Shown piece after piece: positions 37,755 to 49,535 of a stretch of 64,000 nucleotides of DNA (position 1 is its first letter; every line of letters starts with the position of its first letter). Made by a program: the position numbers and the translations under genes. The notes under the pieces are model-generated. The model made no database searches and was not told the origin of the DNA. It saw nothing but the letters and a program-made list of their open reading frames with translations. This stretch comes from Macrostomum lignano (taxonomy: Eukaryota): assembly GCA_002269645.1 (NCBI GenBank), contig NIVC01000027.1, positions 186,001 to 250,000 on the forward strand. Reading direction: 5' to 3'.

Positions 37755-40700
37755 TCAGGGTGGTCCGCCGGTCCGTCCTGCAGCGTGATCTTCCGTTGGG
37801 AAGAAACTGGCTCGTCTAGTCGCCCGAAGGAACTGGATGAGCCGTGGGATGCTGTCGGGCTGGCAAACCTCGTCAATGGACGGGTTCGGCCCGAGGTAGC
37901 GTAGCCGGTCTCTGTTAAAGAAAGGGCAGTGACAGACAAAGTGCTGAGCATCTTCATTGTCGCACTCGCAAAAGGGGCAAATTTCGCTCTCGAGGTCGCC
38001 TCGGAGGAAGCAGTGCCTGGCGAGGTAGCCATGGCCGGTAAGGGTCATGACAAGGGCTCGAATATCCTTCCGATTCTGGTTCAGAAGGATGTTTCTGAGC
38101 CTGTGAGACGGGCAAGGAACCGCGGCACGAGATTGCCGGCAGTTTTGGGTGCCCGCCCATCTGTCCCTGTGGAGGGAGTCAGCCCAGTCGTCGATCTGAC
38201 GATTGATGACTGTCAAGGGCATAGGGACCAGGGGGCAGGGCCGAAAAAAGAGCCAGAGCCGCCCCTCTTGGCGAGGGTGTCTGCCAGCTCGTTCCCCGGA
38301 AACCCTGCGTGCCCTGGGATCCACTTCAGCCTGACAGTATTGCTTCTGGCCAGGAGGTTGAGCTGCCGGGCGCAGTCGGCGACTGTCCGGGAGTTCGTTG
38401 TGGTGTGGCAAAGGGCCTGTAAGGCCGCTTGGCTGTCGGAGTGGATGACAATAGTCTTTCCTCTCGTAACCTTGGCGTTTAGCTCTGCAGCGCAAGAGCT
38501 GATGGCAAGGACTTCGTTCTGGAAGACTGTGGAGAGTCTACCAGTGTGCTGGGCATGCGTGGCAATTACGCGGCCGTTGATGATGATGCAGACCCCAAAG
38601 CCGGCGCGACCGTCTTTGATGGATCCGTCCGTGTAGCAATGGACCTCCTGGAAATTCCAGTGGTCATTGGCAGCATCCCTAGAGGGGATGGTGACCTTGT
38701 AGCGCTGAAAGAGGTTGAGAGTGCGGGGTTCGCCGTCAGATAGGACGTGGAGCCCGCCGCTGTCTCTCAAGTCCTTGAGGCAGAGGTCAGCGTGGGGCAG
38801 AAGCTTGCGCTTAGCCATGGCCCTATGGGGCTGGATTCGAATGCCAGCGTCAGCTAGACGGCGGGCAGTCTTAGCCGCTTCCCTGCGGACAAAGATGTCC
38901 AGCGGAGGAATGTTGAGGAAGGCGTTGAGGCCATCGTAAGGAGCAGACGGAGGGGCGCTCATGATCGTGCGACAAGCGCGCCCTTGCGCTCTCCTGAGAG
39001 CCTCTAGACAGGTCTTTATCTGCAGGGCGCTAGCCCAGATCAGGCCGCCATACGAGATAGCGGGCCTAACCATTGCAGTGTAGATCCACCAGAGGCGCTT
39101 GGGGGTGAGCCCCCAGGTGGTGCCGACGGCCCTGCGCAATTGCGCGAGGACTGCGAAGGCCTTTTTGGCTTTTGTTTGAACGTGGGGAGACCAGTTCAGC
39201 CTGTGGTCCAGGGTAATACCCAGACATTTAGTCTGCTTGCAGAAGGGGATTTCCCTTCCGTAAAGCGTGAGCGGCCGAATCTGCCACTTGGTCCTGCTGG
39301 TGAACATGATCGCTGCGGTCTTAGTCTCAGAGAGCCTTAAACCACAGCGGTCCGCCCATTGCTCAGCAGCGTAGATGAAGTTCTGAAGAAGGTCCCTGAG
39401 GGTATCAGGGGACGGACCAGATGCCACCGCGGTGACATCGTCCGCATATCCAACTTTCAGAATGGGGTCAGGCCGAACATCCCGGAGGAGCTCATCGATG
39501 ACCATATTCCAGAGAACTGGAGACAGCACCCCACCTTGCGGGCTACCTTTGCAGACGGGGACCGTCCTCTGGTAGCCCAGCAGACTGGCGGTGGCCGTGC
39601 GATGGCTGATCATGTACATGATCCATCTGGTGAGATGTGAGTGCGTTAGCCTCTCACAAAGAGCTCTTCGGAACGCCTCAAAGAGGACGTTATCGAAGGC
39701 GCCAATGATGTCCAGGAAGATCCCCAGAGCAAAGCCACTACCAAGCACGGCCTTCTCGAGTTTATCGACCAGGACGTGCAGCGCGCTTTCAGTGGAGCGA
39801 CCCGCCCGAAAAGCGTGCTGGTTCTCGCTGAGAGGTTTGTTCTTCAGCTCAACAGAGAGAAGGCGCCAAAGCACCAGTCTCTCCATCAGCTTGACCAGGG
39901 AGGAGGTCAAGCTGATCGGTCTGAAGGATTTGATAGAATGGTAGTCCGGGCGGCCTGGCTTAGGGATAAAGATCACCTTTGCCTCGGTCCATGCCTGCGG
40001 GACATAACCAAGCGTGATGCATGCCCGAAGAAGGCTGCAAAGTTTGCGCAGGAAGCCTGGGCATTTAACCGCCTCTCTTAGAAGGGCCGGTACAATGCCG
40101 TCGGGTCCTGGGGCTTTGAAAGGCTTGAAGGAATTTGCCGCTCTCACAATGCGGTCCTCCGTGATGATAGATGCAGCCAGCGCGTGACCTCCCTCCGAGT
40201 GATCCGGAGTGGTCTGGTTAGCTGGCTCGTTAGGGAAAAACGCAGTGAGCATTACATCAAGCGTTTCCCCTGGGTTGTCCGTGGACGTACCGTCGGTGCG
40301 TTTGACCGAGGAGAGCTTAGACATTTTGTCCAGCGTGAGCGCTTTCACAACTCTGGAGGTGGGGCGTGAGCCCTCTAGCTCCTCACAGTATTGTCGCCAT
40401 TTTTGAGCCTTTGCATTCCTAACCTGCCTTTTAAACTCATGAATTGCTTCATGATAGGCGGTTTGGTCTGCAGGGCTCTTAGTTTTAGTTGCTCTGCGGT
40501 GGAGTCTCTTAGCCCTGCGACGGAGGTTGCCGAGCTCGGGATTCCACCACGGCGCCGATTTTTTCCCTTTATAGGCTTTTAAAGGGCAGGACGCCTCAAA
40601 GGCGGCGGTTAGCGTCTCTGTCAAAACAGTCGCGCACTCATCCGCCTCTCGGCACGACGTGATCGTGAATGGTTGGCCAGGAGACCGATGGAATTCCTTC

Positions 40701-41464
40701 AGGGCGAGCCCGAAGGTTTCCCAATCAGTATTTCTGGCGTTCCGTCTCCACATAACACGAGTTGCGCTACGCGCGGCCATTAGGTTGAAGGAGATGAACT
40801 TGTGATCCGATAGTGAGGACACTGGAAGCACCCGCCACGCCCCAATACTCTGGTAGAGTCTGGGCGTTGCGAGCGTAGCGTCGATCACCTCCGACCACCG
40901 TCCGTTGTCAAAGGTAGGGGTGGACCCAGAGTTGCAGAACTCGAGGGTCGTAGAGGCAACGTAGGCTAGGAGGTCTTCGCCTCTCTGATTAATGCCAGTG
41001 CTGCCCCAGTGAGTGTGGTGGGCGTTGATGTCGCCGGCAACCATGAGCTCGTAGTTTTTGGCAGAGCAGAGCTCTACCAGCGTAGCGAGGGCTCTGGGGA
41101 CGACCGCAGCATCGCCTGGTAGGTAAACCGAGGCAATGAGGGTGGTCTTCCCAGGAAGAAGGTCCTCGGATTGGATGACGCAGATGTCCCTGTTGGACAG
41201 GTCCGATCTGAGCCACGCACTGAGCGTTTTGCTCGCAAAGATGCAAGCTCTGGGAGGCTGGTTGGCCTCGCGAGGGTAAGTATAAAAACAATTGTAGCCA
41301 GCAGGGGCGTTTTGAGGCTTACCTCTGAGAGTCCAGGGTTCCTGGACGAGGATGAGCCCCGGCTTGTCGAGCTCGGCGTAACGCATAAGGTTGACCGAGG
41401 CTGCGACGCAGTGCTGCAGATTAATCTGCAGGCAATGGATTCCCTGGTTGCTGATCATTATCAC
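37755..41464 (-). CDS. LINE-B ORF2: APE - RT - RNase H - Zn knuckle; 1-bp frameshift at 38231-38235
   Basis: LVQEP, GDINAHH, SDH; QHAF, PQGGVL, YADD; YTDGS, HSDSQAAL, GNELAD; CPFC..HFVCHC. Confidence 0.93.
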
Positions 41465-42926
41465 GCAGTTGGGGAATCGTTGAGCAGGTCATCCTCCTCC
41501 TTTTCAGTGGTGGGTGACCCGCAGACCTCCATGGGAGTTTCAGCGTCCTCAGCAGTTAGGGTGGCTGTGGAGTCCTCCGCGGACGTGAGCCCAGCGTGGA
41601 CGTTACCGTCGCCTCTCCTGCGTGCTTCGGTGCTGTCACTGCCCGTCCCCTCTGCCTCGTCGGTCAGGTCGATGCGGGTGGCGCCAGCCTCCTGGTGAGT
41701 CACAGACTCGAACCAGTCGGTCGGAGCCTCCCCGCTTAGAGTCTGGCCTTCTGGCTGTTGGGGTGGAGCGCGAGAAGCGCGGGCCCGCTCACGATGCGCA
41801 CGAAGGTTCTTGGCCTGGTCCAGCGCGCGCTGGATCAGGCCGGACCTCCGGGTGCTCCTGGCGGGTCTGCGATTGCGATTTCCGGTTTCAGCAGCGCGAA
41901 CTGCCTTACCGGGCATAGGATCGGCCGTTTGCCTCGGCTTCTTTGCCGGAGGAGCCTGGGCCCCAGTTCCGGTTTCGGAAGCTTTGGCATTCTTGGCTTC
42001 ATCAGCTTTCCGCTCCTCGCAACGGAGGATGGTCAGCTGAGTCAGACCAATATGAATTGTGGACTTAGGCGGCAAGCGCTTAGCCCAGTCATCAGAGAGC
42101 CCTAGGATCACCGTAGCCCCCTTCTCCTTGCGGGAAGTGGCGTGGTGTAGGAGCCCGTTGACCTTAAGGTCGGGGTGCAGCTTTAGCAATATTTGCCTAA
42201 GCTGATCTCCGGACTTAATGGCACTGCCGGCCGGGATCCAGACGCGAAAGCGCTGGGTCTTCTGTCGTTCGCCCTCGCTGGCGAAGACGAGCTTGCCGAG
42301 CTTCTTGGGCCAGTTCAGCTTTGGCAGAAGCTCGCGTAGATTGCGGCTGCTCTCCTCCGAGCTGCACCAGATGAAGATGCAGCCGTCGGTCTTGGCAGAC
42401 TTGACCACGCTCACAGGGCGGCCCGCCAGGAGCTGGTCGATGAGCGCAGCATCGATGGTGCGCCAGGCACTGTCGAGCTCGTCGGCCGTGAGGTCCTGCT
42501 CTTCCCCGAAGACGATGACCGCCGGTTGGAGCTTGACCTTTGAGGCGTAGTTGGTGGCGGCGGTTCCCGAAGGCCCGGCCGCGCTTGTAGCAGGTATACT
42601 GGGTGGCTCACCAGCGGGGGTTGTATCCTGGGGGGCAGGGGTTGCTGTGGTTCCTTTCGGCCCAACAGCAGCCTCGCCCTCCCTAGGTTCCCCTTCCGCC
42701 GGTGGCCGGCCCGCAGTACCCCGTAGTCGCCGTCGCCGCTCGTTGCGGCGTTGGTTGCGGGTGCGTCGGGCTTCAGCGGAGGGCCCGGTTGCGCGTGCGG
42801 GCATGTCACCAGCCGAGCCGGCGGCAAGCCCATCTGCCCCCGGTGGGGCGGCGCTGGTGCCAGAGTCACCGGCCGGAGTTGCCGGGGCCCCGGCTTCAGC
42901 GGGGTTAAAGAGGCGGATGACGCCAT
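41461..42926 (-). CDS. LINE-B ORF1 (DUF4780-like); probable start at 42926 with a 1-bp frameshift at 42907-42909
   Basis: 447-aa ORF 41461-42804 is homologous to LINE-A ORF1; its frame stays open upstream and joins ATG 42926 if one T is added (MASSASFNPAEAGAP..). Confidence 0.75.
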
Positions 42927-45312
42927 AGCTGAAAGCGGGAAGGAGTGAGCTGAGTCACAAAAGAAAGAGGAAAGAAGAAAAAGAAAAGGACCGCTAGCGA
43001 CCGGACAACCCCCCGGCCTTCCAGCCCATCGGCACGGTCAAACACCTTAGGCATTAGGGGGTACGTTAAGCAGTACCACGGCCTGCAGGCTGGCAAGCCA
43101 GACCCGCATACCCAAATTCGGCCGAAGCCACTGGATGGGTCGCCAGCGTCGGAGCCCAGTCTGTCCAGCAGCCCTAGGGTCTGCCTTGAACACACGCGGG
43201 GACGAGTACCCTGGGTCGACTTGTGAAACAGCGTGAGGGGGGGGGTCTGCGGCTGCCAGTGGCAAATAGCGGGTGCAGACCTCCCTCTCCAGCCTTGACC
43301 TGCTGAATATAGGGGCAGGCGTGAAGCATCGCAGACCGTAGCCCTTAGGCCTGGTCTGTCTCATACTTCACTGGCGTGCTGAATACACCTTCGCGTGCTT
43401 ATGCCAGGTCTATTAAGTAGGCCTATTTTCCAATATTGGGTTGTAGTGTTTGGTATAGCTTGGCCCCTTTCTTAAAAGTTTTCTAGATCTGCACTTGGTA
43501 TGGCCTTTTATAAAATAGAATAAACTAGAGTCTAAGTAAGGAAAGGGCCTATTTATTCATAGCTCAATAGGCCTAACAGACAATATCAGTTATACATAGG
43601 GTGTATAGTACCATTGTCTGATTATAGAATAGGGTAGGCCTACCCATGGCCATGACCCATGAGTCATAGGAAGGGGGAATACCGAATAGGTTATGTATGG
43701 GTACCCTATGGCCTACCTGTCCCTTGGTTAGTAGAGAAGTTAATGAATAATAGGTAAATAGCTAAATAACTGGATATTATATATAATTTATAAGTTGAAA
43801 GACCTTATTTTTTCATTCAAACAATAACATTATACCTATGGACATGTTGTCTGATATAATTTGTCAGTTGTCATGGCTTTTTCATCATTTTGACATTGCC
43901 ATTATTATTGCATTAGCCTAAGAATGATGGAATATATGAGAGACAAGTTAGACCTAACCTCTGAACTTTAAAGGTATTCTACCTAATTCCTAATGATCCT
44001 TACCGATTTAAAGATTAAATCTAAAGCACATTTTGGTATATATGCGAAAGATTCAATCAACTGATCCTATTTTTAGATGGACAACAAGTCAATAATTGCA
44101 GATAAGGAGAGGCACGTTTTTCATTACTTTGTTCATACCTATTTTACTAGCTAAGGTATAACAAAACATTTTTCATTGCGATGAAGTCTTTAACCGTTAT
44201 TCCCTTTTATTTATTGAAAAGAAAATCTAATGTATAAAAAGTGAGTAACTTGTTTCGGCAACATATATTTAAACATATGTATGTTTAATTTCAAACCTTG
44301 TAAAGTAAGATCTGACACGAAGCAGCATATTTTGTTCCATATCTTGCATGAAAAAGCAGATATGACTGACGCAATTAATGACACTTTAAGCTTAACTGAA
44401 GCGTGTTTTTATGTTTGTTACTGTCATATTATTTCTTTCTATACATTCCTGATACTCCACACTCATTTGGATAAGAAATTTATGCACTTATCGTGAGCAG
44501 ATACTAGCCGCATCTGGTAAGATATTACAAGACATAGCAGATGCTAAGATCTGTTAAGAAATGAAAGTTAAAAACAGATCTGCTACGCGGGTGTGAACAG
44601 ATTGTCATCTAGGGTAAAATGGTTGCTAAGCTTTTATAGACAATCATTTTGGTATGGGGTTGGTGGGTTTTTGAAAAATGATCTTGTCAAATGGAGTGCC
44701 GCCATGTCTGTCGATATAGCCCAGCGGAAAAACCAACGTTGATTCAACGTTGTTGCCCTCCGTTGGCCCTCCGTTGGGCGTGTCTGGAGGAAAATCCGTT
44801 GATACAACGGCGGTTTACCAACGGCAGTCCAACTGCGAATCAACGCTATTCCAACGGTCAAAATATTGTTAGAGGTGCTGATCCACGTGAAATAAAGTAT
44901 GAAAAAAGCCAATTTTCGCAATCAAATGTGTCATGTCACTCATGTGTCCAAAAACGTTACATTTTAAAGTTGAGACATTTGGCAAAGATCTATATATTTG
45001 TCAAATGAAATTACAGCAAAGCAAAAAAATTTCTCGCATGCATACGCGTTTAAAGTCTCAGGGTTAGGTATAAGTGTAATCATTGGCAATTATTGCAAAC
45101 TAAATTACTTGTTTATAGGATGATATGATGGCTTCAACAACGTTTTTTATAAATCATTTCTTTATTTTTGAATAATAACTAACTGACTGTGTCCAATGAT
45201 TGTACTGCACATAAGCTAAGTAGCTAAATTGACACAACATACGATCAATATCCCATTCTAGCCTGCTGATTATCTCAAATTGTACTGCTCACAGGTTATG
45301 ACTCCAAACCAG

Positions 45313-47312
45313 TCACTCATCACTGTCAGCGTCGTAAATGATAGGGTCAGGGACCTTCTGAACGGAACGTCGAACCTTGGCAGGCGGAGGGTCTTGCGAT
45401 GTGCCAACTCTGGCTGCCGACGCCTGGCTGCCTGACTCCGTCGGACCTTGACGTCCACGACTTCGCCCGTCCTTGCCCAGCTTCAGCGCAGCAATGACTG
45501 CAAGCTCTACATCGCGGTCTTTTGGACGCTCAGCAGCATCGCGGTACATTGCCTTCATCGTCCCTAAAAGTATGTCACAAAAATACAATTATTAAACATA
45601 ACTGATCTAAAACTAATAGGCCGTCTGATTTTAAAACCTATCAATACGTAAATCAAATGAATTAAGAATCAGTATACTCAGTAATTAATTTCGATCATTG
45701 AATTTAATGTGATATGCACACACACACACACACACACACGCGCGCATTGAACTTACGTAGAATACTGGGCAAGAACACCGATCGAAAGGCAAGTTCGGTG
45801 TCCCCAAGCTCAGAGCCAGAGAGAGCACCAAGACCCTTTCCGTTATAATTGACAGCGGCCAGCATCTCTGGTGACAGAATTCGCCTCACCATTCGGCGAA
45901 TGGTGCTGCCAAGGTCGTCAGCCTTGCAGGGCAGCAGCAGCCGTGTCATCTGCAAGGGTGCCAATAATTTTATCATACATGTAGATGGACAGTCACGAAG
46001 AAATATGGAATATTAATATGAAATAAAATGTGGAATATGTCAGAGACAATTATATTTTCCAACTATCGTGAAAGCATGCTGTTGGAGGCTTTTTGAAATA
46101 ATAGACTTTGCAAAAACAAACACTAAACTATTGGATGTACATACCCATTCGAGAGCCGGTGGATTTTTGATGAAGTCAATGTAGTCAGGCCAGGTCGCAA
46201 TCGGCTTCCATTCTGCATCTGCATCAACTGGACCAAATGTAGTAGCAGCAGCAGCAGCGGCACGCGACATGCACTGCTTCAATTCTGAGATTGTTGTCAT
46301 GCAAGCTAATGTCCGACGAAGGGTATGGAGCCCCAGGTAGCACAGTCCGAGAGGCGATGTCAGAGAGACTCCAAGCTTAGCCTCCATTCTAGCCTTCAGC
46401 AAGTCAAGCCCCCCGGTACCGAAGTTCAATGACGCGACGTCAGCTGCAGCTGCATTGAAACGCAAGGCTCCTGGCTGATCCGAAGGGCTGAGCAACTCAG
46501 CCGCACTCTGCTGTGACCTGCACCTGTCGTTCTGTCCATGGTGGGGCAGTGATTTGGGCGTTTCCGGTGGAGCTGTTTCAACCGCTAGCTGAGCCGATGG
46601 GTTTCTTGTCTCCGGCAAAGGCAACAGCGGCAGCGAGCTTGGGCTTTGTTGAACTGCCCTGGCGGAATCCTCAGCTTGGGGTAGTCTAACCGACCGTGAG
46701 AAGCTTGAGGGCGATCGTTGGCAGTCAGACTCGGACTCGGTCTGCAGATTCTGAGAATGATTGCGCGCTACTTATAGTAACGTAGTTCGTGAGATCGATT
46801 GAATAATAATGACTAATGGTTACAAATGGTTAACATCTTTCGAAGTTTTAATACACACTTATAGCAACAAAAACGGTTTGTAGCTAACCTCCAAAGGAAG
46901 GAATCTTTGCCTTCTGCCATCGGGTACTCGTTTGACCAGTCCCAAAAGAGTTTGGATTTTGCAGTGCTTCTCGCGCCTGAACGCCCGAAGCCAATTTACC
47001 GTCCCAGTGGCGTCATAATCGTCGTCAGGGAGAACCTAGCGCAAATGCAAAATTACTTAGTGAAAATCAAAAATACCAAACGACCCCCATATACAAGTAT
47101 GATTATGGGAACATTCAGGGAATAAAGCGTGCAGTTACCTGAAGAATTGTGCAGTCCCATACTTGCTCATTGTAGTATGCCCTTGCAATAGGCTCGCCAA
47201 CAAAGTTTCGCCAGTTGTCCAGAGTGAATTTTTGGAAGTTTTCTAAGAGGACTTCAGTCTCGCTCAATTCGACTATTTCTTTGTCAACGTGAAAGATCAC
47301 GATAAACTTCAT
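45313..47312 (-). CDS. spliced accessory gene of the CMC element (about 5 exons; DUF4806/BEN-like C-terminal region)
   Basis: Exons MKFIVIFH..TILQ / VLPDDD..VKR / NLQTES..ALEW / MTRLLL..GSTIRRMVRRILSPEMLAAVNYNGKG..SIL / RTMKAM..SDE* join with consistent GT-AG phases. Confidence 0.65.
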
Positions 47313-47618
47313 GGCTGAAATGAGAAATAGAAATACTCTTAATAATGGGAATATGTTGGAAATATATACATGACATGTTTGTGACATCAAATAAAGAAAT
47401 TCATATTGTCTGAAACCAAAATAAAAAAATTGTTATTCATATTATATGTATATTTGTGTTTATATTTATAAACAAGCTGAACACACAAGGAGACATTTAA
47501 TGCTACAAATAATGAAAAATGTACACTTGCACACCCTAGGATGACAGTTGCATGAAAAAAGAAATTGCTATATTGACCAAGACTGACTTAGTACCAGAAG
47601 ACAATAGTATAATCATAA

Positions 47619-49535
47619 TCAAATAGCGCAACAATAGGGAATTACTATATATTCACCTCCAGATGATGGCAACAAGAAGCACTTTCTGCTTGCATTACCA
47701 GTAACAACATTACGTGTCACATGGTAAAATCCAATATTCAGAATTTCTGATGAATATGGACTTGTATACAAAGGATGCGAAAACTTTAACACATGACCAG
47801 TTAGGACATTTCCTACTACTGTACTAATGAGTATTGGAACTCCATTTACAACTGCACAATTATTTGGAGACTTCTTAGAAAAAAACACAATACTAGCTGG
47901 ATCACTTGTAAGAGTAGCACGGACATTAAAAAACTGGTGCAAAATATGCTTAGAAGCAAAGCGGGTAATTGAAATTCGTCTTTTAACATGCCCCAAATAG
48001 TTTTCGAAGTCAAATGCAGAAAAATTGTCAAGTTTTCCATATAGACAAACAAATTCATAAAGATGGAGCAAAGTGTGAGGGTTATAAGAAATTGATGCTT
48101 CACCATACAATGACTCCATTTCCTTAACAAAAATCTCAATACAACGATGAGCATTTGGTAAGAGAGTCTGGTGGACATCAGAGCAAAAAACATAGATAGA
48201 AAAGTGCAAGTGAAGAAAGTGGTCATAGTATTTTTGTGGTAAAAACTTTCTGAAGAAAAAAGGCCCCAAATATAGCAAAAAGAGTCGAAACTCAGTTGCT
48301 TTAAAGTGAGCTAAATTTGTATCAATACGGCGAGGCCTCCGCTGAAACTCAGCAGGAGTGAACTTGGCATAGCTATCAATAAAATCAGACAGCTCTTTTA
48401 ACTTTAGTGCTGAAATCTTACAAGATGAACCAAACTTAGATGAAAAAAGAAAATTAAAAACTTTTCTACAAACACCTAAACATACAGCATGTTGATAGTC
48501 AGGTGGAAAATGAGAATAAAAACCAATATTTTTAATACTCAGCAAAGGTGTTGAATGCCCTACCTTCTGGTTATTTTCTTTAGAATCAGCATAGCACTGA
48601 TCAGTTCGCAAAGTACCAATAGAAGATGAAAAAACAATACGATTAGCAAAATGTCTACCTTCAGCTTGACAATAACTACATCCCATGCGAGAGTTATGGT
48701 TCATAATAGAGCAGATATGAGCATGAGCAGGGGCATCACAAACAAAAAGAGCACGGACTAACTTAAAATGGTGGCCAAGAACTTGAATACCATTACTAAA
48801 AAAAATGTTTAGCTCTTCACAGAAGCGTGATAACAAAATATTCAATGATGGTTTACTTTTACCAACAAAAATAGCAATGGGCAATGGACGCAAATAGCCT
48901 GATACTTTCATTAAAATTGGCCAAGCTGACATGGAAGAACTATTATACAAGGGCATTCCATCTATATTGAAAATGGAATTTACTTTTATGTGCCCAGTTT
49001 CAGAATCAGTATTGCATTTTGAAAAGTCAAAATAATTATTGCTAACACAAAATTCCAAATTTTTGGCCATTGATACATAGAAAAAGTCTCCTTCAGTAGC
49101 AATAATAGAATAATAAGAAGAATTAGCAGAATGCTTTTTCAAGCCATATACAGACTTTGGAACTGAAATACCCTTGCGATTTAAAAAGGCAAGGATCCAA
49201 GCCATAGCAGAGCGTGACACATTAAAAAGTATATAAAATAGAAGCAGTTCTTGCTCAATTGTTAGCTCTGGCGTAGCATCTTCAACTTCAGGTATATCTT
49301 GATCCTCTTCTACAAGGTCTTCATCTGATTCACTATTATCCATTGGATTGCCCTGACTGTTGCCAAGAAAGTCAGTGTCGTATTCTTCAGCTTGAATGAA
49401 TTCTTCATCTTGTTGATGATTATTGCCTTGGGCTTGATCTTGGTTAATGGGTTCAGATGCTTTTTGAAGCTGCTCTACTTCAATTTCCTCTAAACAACCC
49501 TGAAGCACTTTTCTAGCAAAGTTACGTTTGGACAT
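47619..49535 (-). CDS. CMC/EnSpm (Mirage/CACTA-like) DDE transposase, 638 aa, uninterrupted
   Basis: NIDGMP, WPI, CDAPA, CSYC, DYQHAVCLGV, KATEFR, SAFDFENY motifs. Confidence 0.88.
   Translation of the reverse strand: MSKRNFARKVLQGCLEEIEVEQLQKASEPINQDQAQGNNHQQDEEFIQAEEYDTDFLGNSQGNPMDNSESDEDLVEEDQDIPEVEDATPELTIEQELLLFYILFNVSRSAMAWILAFLNRKGISVPKSVYGLKKHSANSSYYSIIATEGDFFYVSMAKNLEFCVSNNYFDFSKCNTDSETGHIKVNSIFNIDGMPLYNSSSMSAWPILMKVSGYLRPLPIAIFVGKSKPSLNILLSRFCEELNIFFSNGIQVLGHHFKLVRALFVCDAPAHAHICSIMNHNSRMGCSYCQAEGRHFANRIVFSSSIGTLRTDQCYADSKENNQKVGHSTPLLSIKNIGFYSHFPPDYQHAVCLGVCRKVFNFLFSSKFGSSCKISALKLKELSDFIDSYAKFTPAEFQRRPRRIDTNLAHFKATEFRLFLLYLGPFFFRKFLPQKYYDHFLHLHFSIYVFCSDVHQTLLPNAHRCIEIFVKEMESLYGEASISYNPHTLLHLYEFVCLYGKLDNFSAFDFENYLGHVKRRISITRFASKHILHQFFNVRATLTSDPASIVFFSKKSPNNCAVVNGVPILISTVVGNVLTGHVLKFSHPLYTSPYSSEILNIGFYHVTRNVVTGNASRKCFLLPSSGGEYIVIPYCCAI

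Larger units (their letters stand above)
37645..43398 (-). mobile_element. full-length non-LTR retrotransposon (LINE-B), LOA/Lian-like, with 13-bp TSD
   Basis: TSD TTATGCCAGGTCT at 37632-37644 and 43399-43411; ORF1, ORF2, same 3' tail as LINE-A. Confidence 0.95.
33354..44614 (-). mobile_element. non-autonomous CMC/EnSpm-like DNA transposon (deletion derivative) with nested insertions
   Basis: TIR CCCTAGATGACA..TGTCATCTAGGG, TA on both flanks (33352-33353, 44615-44616), repeated AGATCT motifs in both subterminal regions, transposase-like remnant at 35232-35684. Confidence 0.7.
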
